From contig JAYQHX010000009.1 of assembly GCA_038141355.1 (NCBI GenBank), positions 377,978-441,977 of the forward strand: a stretch of DNA of 64,000 bases, written 5' to 3'. The position numbers and the translations under genes were made by a program. Under the pieces are notes generated by a model that saw only the letters and a program-made list of their open reading frames with translations, searched no databases and was not told the DNA's origin. How positions within the stretch are numbered: position 1 is the first letter of the stretch; each line of letters starts with the position of its first letter. This document shows positions 56,529 through 64,000 of this stretch, one piece after another. Origin of the DNA: Methanobacteriota archaeon (GTDB lineage: Archaea > Thermoplasmatota > Poseidoniia > Poseidoniales > Poseidoniaceae).

Positions 56529-56780
56529 AACAAGACCTCAATGCATCTCATCTAAGCCATTTAGAGACAGTTCTACCTCGTTTAATAATTCATGAACTCG
56601 GGCAAGCAGGGCCCTTCTTTCTTTGGAAGAACGAGCGATAGGTAACTCATTCCAATAATTTCCTTATGTCTTGAGCATCTCTTTCAACAGTCCAATTGAG
56701 AACATCTTCTAAAACTGGATTGTCCGATGGTAGGAACCTGTCTGCCATATACTGTGTATAGTACTGGATGTAGTAAAGTT

Positions 56781-57356
56781 TCACTGATTTAATGCACGTG
56801 AGCGTATTCTTTCGAACAAATCCCCACCTTTCGGGGTTGATTCAACAAGTTCTATCAAATCCTCCCTCATTCCTAAGGAAGCAATCAGCATAGCATTTTG
56901 TTTCTGTATGGTGCTTTTATTATACGATTTCAAGTAATCTGCGCTTGGGATTTCTCTGCCCGAACGCTTGATTTCTTCCGCCACTTCTAAAGTCAAATCC
57001 AACGGAATTGAATCGTCAATAATCGCTAAAAATTTGCCCCATGCATCGCCTTCTGTATTTGCAATTAACAATCCGATAAGTTTGATATCTTCTCTGCCCC
57101 TCCTCTTCCATAATAATGGAATTAGAGAATCAATAGATTCCTTGTGATTAGTAAGTAGCCACGAAGCGATTCTTCGCATAGTTGGGTCATCTGTTCCAAT
57201 GTGGAATTTTAGGCCACTATTCTGTAGCAATTTATCAGTAAGTGATCGGTTTACTAAGGTCTGAGCGCCACAATCGTATGCTGTTTTTAGGAATTTGAGG
57301 GATTTTTTACCGCTAGGCATTCCTTTGTCAAATAATTCATCTAAAGAATCACTCAA
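56781..57356 (-). CDS. hypothetical alpha-helical (HEAT/armadillo-like?) protein
   Basis: 191-aa ORF, predicted all-helical by composition. No convincing motif. Confidence 0.35.
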   Translation of the reverse strand: MSDSLDELFDKGMPSGKKSLKFLKTAYDCGAQTLVNRSLTDKLLQNSGLKFHIGTDDPTMRRIASWLLTNHKESIDSLIPLLWKRRGREDIKLIGLLIANTEGDAWGKFLAIIDDSIPLDLTLEVAEEIKRSGREIPSADYLKSYNKSTIQKQNAMLIASLGMREDLIELVESTPKGGDLFERIRSRALNQ

Positions 57357-57365
57357 GATTACACC

Positions 57366-57863
57366 TCAAGCGCCTTTGGTACGAACGCTATCGAATAATC
57401 TGCCGACCAATGAAACACTATCTTTCAATGTGCCAAGCAATTTATCGACTACATTTTCATCTTCGGTTTTTTGTCTAATCATGTCTCTAAGGTCAGCCTC
57501 AATCCTTGCATGGTCATCATCATTGATATTGAATTCGTCTCTTAGGTGAGCTAGGACAGCGAACTCATCCTTTGATAGAGAGGCATTGACAATAGCAACT
57601 TCGAAAACGCTTGTGTACACCAAACGTTGTTCATTATGACTAACCTCTCGTCCAGAATCAAGGTCTCGATTTTCTCTAATTGCGCTGTAAACCAATGCCG
57701 GCTCATCATCAGAGAGGCCAAGAGCATTTGCTAATTTGATGATTAACCTCTTTTCTTCTCTTGTGAGAATACCATCTCGCAGCATCACTTCAGTCGTAGA
57801 CCTGAATACATCCAAAGCCCCGACAGATTCGCCGCCCATAAATCCCCGAGAACCGTTATGCAC
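57366..57863 (-). CDS. TerB-like domain protein (hypothetical)
   Basis: Two repeats of the pattern DGILTREEKRLIIKLANALGLSDDE / KDEFAVLAHLRDEFNINDDDHARIE resemble TerB/DjlA-N type helical repeats. Weak call. Confidence 0.4.
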   Translation of the reverse strand: MHNGSRGFMGGESVGALDVFRSTTEVMLRDGILTREEKRLIIKLANALGLSDDEPALVYSAIRENRDLDSGREVSHNEQRLVYTSVFEVAIVNASLSKDEFAVLAHLRDEFNINDDDHARIEADLRDMIRQKTEDENVVDKLLGTLKDSVSLVGRLFDSVRTKGA

Positions 57864-58051
57864 TTGAACCTCATTGTAGGAAAAACCCTATTTTAGATAG
57901 GTTTGAATTGATAGGGTTCAAAAAGTATGAGAAATTCGCAGGCACATCCCAATCCGATTCACGACCGTCTCTACGGGGATAGTCAACTTGGAAAATATGC
58001 CATCAGGCAATCGAAAAGAACAGTGATAACGAGAGGGTAGGAGAAATTCAA

Positions 58052-59257
58052 ATGGTAAAAAAACACGGCGGAGGACACTCCGGTAAAAACAAAGCAATGA
58101 AGTATCTAATCAAAGCAGAATTGAAAGTCAACGGTGTTGTTCAGAGAAAGGACATCATCGGTGCAATCATGGGCCAAACCGAGGGCTTACTTGGCGATGA
58201 CTTAGAGTTAAGAAAATTACAGAGAACAGCAAGAATTGGTCACGTAGACGTAGAAGTCAAGAGTTCTAATGGAAAGGTAAGCGGTACAATAGAAATTCCA
58301 AGCAGTATGGATAATGTAGAAACCGCAATTATCGCATCTAGTTTAGAAACAATCGACAGAATCGGGCCTTGTGAAGCAAAGATTACAGTATCTGAAATTC
58401 AAGACGTAAGGACAACTAAAGTTAACGCAGTTATTGATAGAGCAAAGGATCTATTGTTGAACATGGTTAACACAGGAGATGCAGCAACTAAGACAGTTAT
58501 TGAAGAAGTTAGAAGCGTTCTTACAGTGGGAACAGCGAAAAACTTCCACGGTCTAACCTGTGGTCCAAATGTAGAATCAAGTGATTCACTAATCATCGTT
58601 GAAGGAAGAAACGATGTCAGAAATTTGCTTAACTTCGGAGTTAAGAATGCAATTTCTTGTGATGGTGCAGGTAAAATCAAGCCTGAGCTAATTCAACTTG
58701 CTAGCGAAAAGGACGTCGTCACTTTAGCAATCGATGGCGACAGAGGCGGAGAAATGTTATTCAGACAATTGAATGAAGTTTTGAAAATAGATTTCGTTGC
58801 TCAGGCACCAGTTGGGCAAGAATGGGAATTATTGCCTCAGAAGACAGCAACAAAGTGCCTATCTCAGAAAGTAGAGGTTGGTAAATTCGCAGCATCTCTT
58901 CCAGAAGATGAAGAATCAGAAGACCCAGAAGCCTGGCTAGAAGAAGGATTCGAAGAAGAAGAAGCTCCTGCTGAAGTGCATGAATACTTTGACCACATTG
59001 AAAATCTAAAAAATAACAATGCGGTTTTCGTAAATGTTGATGGCACAATCTCAGATGCCGTCGGACCATCAAAATTAGCATCCGCAGCGGATGATGCAGA
59101 TGGCGCCGTTGCAATTATTATCAACGGTGCAATTACTGACAGAGTTCTAGATATCGCATCAAGCGCTGCTATTGAGATAGTTGTTGGAACCAAGGAAGGC
59201 AAAGGTTTCGAAGCACGAGACGATGTCAAAGCATGGCTGAAAGAAAATCATTCTTAG
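58052..59257 (+). CDS. dnaG: archaeal DnaG-type primase / exosome-associated TOPRIM protein
   Basis: MKYLIKAELKVNGVVQRKDIIGAIMGQTEGLLGDDLELRKLQRTARIG matches the conserved archaeal DnaG N-terminus. TOPRIM LIIVEGRNDVRNLLNFGVKNAISCDG and AIDGDRGGE are present. The family-typical start is ATG 58097. Confidence 0.85.
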   Translation: MVKKHGGGHSGKNKAMKYLIKAELKVNGVVQRKDIIGAIMGQTEGLLGDDLELRKLQRTARIGHVDVEVKSSNGKVSGTIEIPSSMDNVETAIIASSLETIDRIGPCEAKITVSEIQDVRTTKVNAVIDRAKDLLLNMVNTGDAATKTVIEEVRSVLTVGTAKNFHGLTCGPNVESSDSLIIVEGRNDVRNLLNFGVKNAISCDGAGKIKPELIQLASEKDVVTLAIDGDRGGEMLFRQLNEVLKIDFVAQAPVGQEWELLPQKTATKCLSQKVEVGKFAASLPEDEESEDPEAWLEEGFEEEEAPAEVHEYFDHIENLKNNNAVFVNVDGTISDAVGPSKLASAADDADGAVAIIINGAITDRVLDIASSAAIEIVVGTKEGKGFEARDDVKAWLKENHS

Positions 59258-59343
59258 ATACTAGAATGGGTCAAATTTCATCAATTAAGATGAATCAGAC
59301 GGGCCATGGGTGACTCCGAACCCCCCAAGGTTCTGGCCAAAAC

Positions 59344-61129
59344 ATGTCGCTAAACAGAAAGTCTGGAACACAATTGGCGCTAGCCTTGACAGTCCTTGCT
59401 TTGATACTATCTGCAAATTCAATAATTAATCAATCTTGGTTGCATAATAGTGCAGAATTAGATACTACGGGAATCGGGCTGGGCGTCGATTCAGTAAGCA
59501 TGGAGATGGACAGTGGCCTAACAGGGTATAACATTGAAACGTGTTTAGATGATAACTGCACATCGGAATATGAAACATATGCAAATCTATACACTAATTG
59601 TTCCAAACCTCTTAAAGACGCAAAAGCCAATTCAACTGTCATAGAGGAAGCCTGTGGCGCCACAAAGGATATGCATAACGCTGGATTTGTAGCAAAAATC
59701 ATGATAGGGGCCTCAATTGTAGTCCTGTTGTATGCAGTGATTCTACAGGTTAAAGCAATGATTGGGGAAGAGAGCAGAAAACCGAATTTCATGTCTGGAA
59801 TCGGTGCTATTTTGATTGGATTATCCGTTCTTGTATGGTATCTTATGTTGCCAGAATCAGATACCGATCCAGAGATAGGCCAAGGGGTCTACATGAATTT
59901 CATTTCAATAGGTACAGCATTTGTTGCATCTCAAAGCGGCGTTATTCAGTCATGGGTCGACGGACCTCCTAGAATGAGAGCACACGGTATCAGAGCATCG
60001 CAAAATATGGACGAATTTGTATTGAAAGAATCTTCATGCGGAGATAAGACACTTTCAATTCTTGTAGATGATGATTTACTAAGAGTAGTTAGAGTTGAGA
60101 GAGTAGGCTCGTCTCCAATGGTAAAAGATATCTTAGCGACCAGCCGCTCTTCATACACTGGATTTTCACACCAGAGGTTAGACTGGCTAGATGATTTTAG
60201 AGGCGTTTGGTGGATAGTCACGGGCGCATCAATGATTTCAATCGCAATGATAAGTTCACTATTTGCAATCCCGCTAGTGATATTCGGAGCACTAGCAATG
60301 GCGCAACTGATGGACCCAGAAAGATTTGTAATTTCCACAACTTCTGGTGACCATTCATTCATTGTAAATCGATGGCGGTCGAACAGAGAATTGACAAATC
60401 TCGCTATGGATATAGTAGACGAATCTATGATAACAGTACTAAGAGGAGAAAAATTAGACTCCTCGATGCTAGAAAGTAGAGCCAACCAAATCGCAGAAAG
60501 ATTCTCTAATTCAAGAGAATCAAAGCGTTTGAGTTTTGAAGAGTCAAACCAAGAGAAAATCGCAAAGCAAGAAGAAAAAGCAAAACTGAAAGCAGAAAAA
60601 GCCGCAGCAAAAGAGAAGATCAAGGAAGCGGAATCAAAGGCTGCTGCTGCTGAAGCAAAAGCACTTGCTGCAGAGAAAGAAGCGCAAGAAAAACTCGCCC
60701 AAATGGAAAGGGAAATGGAGGAACAGAAAGCCAAGATTTCTGAAAATGAAATTCCAAGTTCACCACCTGCTGTTGAACAGCCAGCAGAGACATCAGAACC
60801 AGCACCACTAGAAGGGCCAACTGCGACCTTACCTCCTCCGGCGGCAGAGACTCAGCCATTGCCCCCGCCTCCATTGCCGCAAGCTGACCCGGCTCCTGTA
60901 GCAATGCCACCACCTCCTCAACCGGCAGCATTTATTCCACCACCTCCAGCATTTGCCACCATTGCCGATGACTGGTATGCCACCACCTCCTCAACCGGCA
61001 GCATTTATTCCACCACCTCCTCAAGAGGCAATTTTACCTCCGCCACCGGTTATGGTTAATCCAGGTCCTAGAGAAGAAAATCTCAGTGATGACGAGAAGG
61101 ATAATCTCTTGGGCGAGTTGAATTCTTAA
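59344..61129 (+). CDS. membrane protein with Lys/Glu/Ala coiled-coil and proline-rich tail (hypothetical; frame change near 60952-60954)
   Basis: N-terminal and several internal TM segments, then a charged helix (KEAESKAAAAEAKALAAEKEAQEKLAQMEREMEEQKAK) and a Pro-rich tail. The track ORF ends at 61059 in a Ser/Thr-rich shifted frame. Removing one T gives ...LPPLPMTGMPPPPQPAAFIPPPPQEAILPPPPVMVNPGP...GELNS with a stop at 61127-61129. Confidence 0.5.
60904..61020 (+). repeat. 44-bp perfect direct repeat (copies 60904-60947 and 60977-61020, spacing 73 nt)
   Basis: ATGCCACCACCTCCTCAACCGGCAGCATTTATTCCACCACCTCC occurs twice. It encodes MPPPPQPAAFIPPPP in one frame. Confidence 0.85.
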
Positions 61130-61732
61130 TCATCTCACTCCGCCAGAAGTGGATAGGATAACTCGTTTAGACAGAACTCTAACCTCATTCGATAATCCTT
61201 CTAGGTCTGAGTTGTTAGGCAACTCGTGTTCGTCAGCAAGAAGAGGCAACGGCGTTCCAGGCCCAGGTATTCTTTCAAGAGCGACTCCCAGAGTTCTAGC
61301 GTCCTTTAGAAGGTAGCCAGTTGAACCCGAATGTCTTGCTTCCAATCTTATTCGTGTCCATTTCGATAATTCGCTAGCAAGCTCGGCTAATTTTGCGATT
61401 AGAGCCAACTTCGCATCATCATTTTCCCCATTTGGAATTAGCCACAAAGTGAGTCTCAATAATCTATCAAGCCTCATGTCTCTTGGTTCTTCTCCAACAT
61501 GTGAGGCTAAAATTCTTCGAACATTATTGATGTCTTTATCCTCTTCGAACTTGTCTGCTTCATCTCCTAAACCTAGTGAACGCAATAATTTGGAAATGTT
61601 ATTCAGGCTTTCAGAAATTTCGATTTGCTCTTGGGACCTAACCGTCTTGGTAACTGTAAATTCGGGAACTTCGTCCTTTGGAAGTACTATTTCAGGAGAA
61701 TCCAGACTCCTCATTTTTCTGAGTTTTAGCAC
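61130..61732 (-). CDS. hypothetical protein
   Basis: 200-aa ORF (GTG start; ATG alternative at 61714, MRSLDSPEIV). Acidic, helical, no family recognised. Its 5' end lies inside a tandem duplication. Confidence 0.4.
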   Translation of the reverse strand: MLKLRKMRSLDSPEIVLPKDEVPEFTVTKTVRSQEQIEISESLNNISKLLRSLGLGDEADKFEEDKDINNVRRILASHVGEEPRDMRLDRLLRLTLWLIPNGENDDAKLALIAKLAELASELSKWTRIRLEARHSGSTGYLLKDARTLGVALERIPGPGTPLPLLADEHELPNNSDLEGLSNEVRVLSKRVILSTSGGVR

Positions 61733-61807
61733 TGGCTCCGATTGCTAATCCATTTCAGGAGAATCCAGACTCTCATTTTTCCTTTTAGCACTGGCTCCTG
61801 CTAATCC
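61689..61807. repeat. imperfect tandem duplication (63 nt + 56 nt)
   Basis: ATTTCAGGAGAATCCAGACTC(C)TCATTTTT...TTTTAGCACTGGCTCC...TGCTAATCC occurs twice, head to tail (61689-61751 and 61752-61807), with a few indels. Confidence 0.85.
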
Positions 61808-61811
61808 ATAG

Positions 61812-63941
61812 TCAGTCATAACCAAGCCGGTCGGTAATTCCACCAATTGCATCACCAACAGCGCCGAATTTCCCGACACCGTCTCGACCCCCGCCACTTA
61901 TTAGATTCTTTATTCCGCCGGACTTTTTCTTTGGAGATACTTCGTCGATAATTTCCTCTTCGACGATTTCCTCCTCAACCAACAACTTATCATCTGCAAA
62001 AATTTCCTCATCAGGCAAGCCATCGTCATGAACCCGTCTTTCCATTTCCATAGATTCAAGCATTGCTTCCATCGCATCATCAGCAGCATTCTTTGCTACA
62101 GGGACCAGTACCCTCCTTACTCTTTTTTGAGGCGACCAGGGTATGAATTTGAAATGCTCATCGACAATCTCTTTTCTTGATAATTCGACAGCGATTTTTG
62201 GAATGTTTGATGCCAATGATGAAAGCCTATCCGGTTGAGACAATTCGAAATTTATCGCAACGGAAAGTTCAGGGTCTCTACGCCAATCTAGGTTTTGTAG
62301 GCGGTTTCTAAGTTGATCATGGCTTTTGATATTGTCTCTGATTGTCGATATTTTCAGGGCGACATCGGTCGGATTCGCATTCAATTGCGACCTCAGATTG
62401 TCGACATTGAACCCTAGTTGATGCCATCTTTCAATTTCATCTCTCAAGTTATCTTCCAATCTATTGATTGGAATATTCATACCTCTCCTTCCTATTCGAG
62501 AATCGGCAATTAATGTTTCAAATTCAAATAGAGATAAATTCGCAGTTGGTAAATCCTCAACCAATCCATTTCGCACCACATCAAACCATTCGATTTCAAG
62601 CATAGACCGATGCCTTGCACCTCTTCTAGCATGCTTTTCAATGAAGTCACTCATCTCTTCAAGAATAGAAGTATCTAATTCAAATTCTCTCAAAATAGCA
62701 GCACGCCTTAGGATTTCATCCTCACCATCTATCGACGCATCCAACCTCATCATTGCCTGAATCAAATCTCTTGCAAGTGTGTAATTTTCCTCTTCAATTT
62801 TCAGCCAAGCAAGAGCACTGCGGGGCTCTTCTGAAATCCTTGCTCGCCATAGGTCCATGACAAATCCAAAATCTTCCCATTTGGAAATCAACTGCATGCC
62901 TTCAAGTTCGAAGGCTCGCCATTCTTGCTCGAGAGAATCAACGATATCTAGCAAATCCTCGGTTTTTTCCAACTGCCCAATGAACTCAATATGTTCGACT
63001 TTTTCTGGCCAGACTTTTCTGAATTGATTCCATCTTTCAACAGCATTAGAATGGGATTCAACCAATTTTTCTAATTCTGGAAGATTGGCCTCCCATTCAA
63101 GTAATTCTTCAGCTGAGATTTTTGATTTATCAGAGATGTGAATACCATCCTCTTCCCATTTCTTGATTTTAGTATTCAAACTACCTAGTCTAGAGCCGAG
63201 ATTTTCGACGATGGCTGAAACCTCATCATCCAATCCTTCATTTCTTTTCGCAATTAATCGGTCTGCAAGCGATTCATCAAACGGCCTGATTTCCTTGTCA
63301 ATTCTCAACCTGGTATCGCGCATTTGTTTCGCAACACCTTGCATGGAATTGATGTAATCTAATGCATCGCTGATATCCATCATTCTCGCCGAAGAGGCAT
63401 CAACTCCTTCCTCTTGCAAAAGAGAGATCATTTCAATAATTATGTCCTTTCTTTTGTTTTCATCCTGTTCAATATCATCTATCATCGATTTTATCAAATC
63501 GATACTGCCGACATCGTCGAATAAAATGTAAATCGGTTGGCAAGCAGGATAAGAAGAAGGGTCTAGATTTTCCAATCTCTTTACAATTCGAGTTAATTCG
63601 TTTCTAATTCCCAAATCAATCCATTTCTTTTCAGATCGATTGACATAAGGCTCCCACGGACGATTCTCTCTGGAATCTGATTCCCATGCAAGCAACGTGT
63701 TTTCAGTTTGTGAAAAATCATCCAACCTTTCAAGCCAATCGGCTTTCTTTTCGTGTGAAAGCGAAGAATCGATAATTCTCTTTCTTAATGAGCGATTTAT
63801 CTTTACAAGATTCTCATAATCAATCATTAACTCGCTGGCATTGTTAGGGTCTTCATTTAATGAGGCCCTAATCGAATCGACATCGAATCCCTCATGAGAC
63901 CACGCTTCAAGGCGCTCGTCCCACCAGTTCCCTTCGTCCAA
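61812..63941 (-). CDS. large acidic coiled-coil protein with repeated W-x3-GF-x-VD modules (hypothetical)
   Basis: 709-aa ORF. The recurring module is seen four times: WSHEGFDVDSIRASLNEDP, WEEDGIHISD, WEDFGFVMDLWRARISEEP, WHQLGFNVDNLRSQLNANP. The C-terminus is Gly-rich. Confidence 0.5.
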   Translation of the reverse strand: MDEGNWWDERLEAWSHEGFDVDSIRASLNEDPNNASELMIDYENLVKINRSLRKRIIDSSLSHEKKADWLERLDDFSQTENTLLAWESDSRENRPWEPYVNRSEKKWIDLGIRNELTRIVKRLENLDPSSYPACQPIYILFDDVGSIDLIKSMIDDIEQDENKRKDIIIEMISLLQEEGVDASSARMMDISDALDYINSMQGVAKQMRDTRLRIDKEIRPFDESLADRLIAKRNEGLDDEVSAIVENLGSRLGSLNTKIKKWEEDGIHISDKSKISAEELLEWEANLPELEKLVESHSNAVERWNQFRKVWPEKVEHIEFIGQLEKTEDLLDIVDSLEQEWRAFELEGMQLISKWEDFGFVMDLWRARISEEPRSALAWLKIEEENYTLARDLIQAMMRLDASIDGEDEILRRAAILREFELDTSILEEMSDFIEKHARRGARHRSMLEIEWFDVVRNGLVEDLPTANLSLFEFETLIADSRIGRRGMNIPINRLEDNLRDEIERWHQLGFNVDNLRSQLNANPTDVALKISTIRDNIKSHDQLRNRLQNLDWRRDPELSVAINFELSQPDRLSSLASNIPKIAVELSRKEIVDEHFKFIPWSPQKRVRRVLVPVAKNAADDAMEAMLESMEMERRVHDDGLPDEEIFADDKLLVEEEIVEEEIIDEVSPKKKSGGIKNLISGGGRDGVGKFGAVGDAIGGITDRLGYD

Positions 63942-64000
63942 TCCAATTCACCTTGCTGTTGACTGTATACCGCAGGCGTTTGAACTTAACCTAATTTAAT

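Noticed and set aside
56545-56750. Possible ~70-aa minus-strand ORF upstream of mobA. It reads MADRFLPSDNPVLEDVLNWTVERDAQDIRKLL..., then after a frame change ...ELPIARSSKERRALLARVHELLNEVELSLNGLDEMH.
   Set aside because: It needs yet another assumed indel, both halves are under 40 codons, and no family was recognised. Support is insufficient for a feature call.

Overview
The window is a densely coding archaeal chromosomal fragment, roughly 43% GC judged from sampled 60-nt lines. Archaeal markers are GGGP synthase, a thermosome subunit, archaeal DnaG, a family-B DNA polymerase, a RadB-like ATPase and a beta-CASP RNase. They are mixed with bacterial-type genes (uvrA, homodimeric-type aceE, purH, DDAH, DUF853 ATPase) and many exported peptidases and beta-propeller proteins. 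This suggests a planktonic Thermoplasmatota / Marine Group II-like euryarchaeon, but that is inference only. Recognisable blocks are: a lipid-synthesis trio (ferredoxin, short FAD protein, GGGPS); moeA and mobA; a purine set (purL with a fused double PurS-like N-terminus, purQ, purH, purN); uvrA; alaX; a site-2 protease; two paralogous M28 lipoprotein peptidases; one tRNA-Leu(GAG); and several secreted repeat proteins (LVIVD, collagen-like plus ELWxxDGT, PF09826-like propeller).

Two points dominate interpretation. First, at least 12 genes are broken by single-base frame changes that fall at short homopolymer runs, and repairing one base restores family-conserved motifs each time. Most of the 'split genes' in the ORF track are therefore probably sequencing or assembly indels, not biology. 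Second, a markedly AT-rich island at about 21.3-26.9 kb (sampled lines 20-30% GC) carries a translationally coupled three-gene operon. It is built around a roughly 1160-aa NACHT/STAND NTPase with unassignable N- and C-terminal regions and two partner proteins of unknown family. This is the best candidate for an undescribed NLR-like defence or signalling system.

Next to the island lies a PolB with degenerate exonuclease motifs and a non-canonical motif C, flanked by a RadB-like ATPase and an 85-aa ORF. I saw no rRNA, CRISPR array, integrase or transposase.
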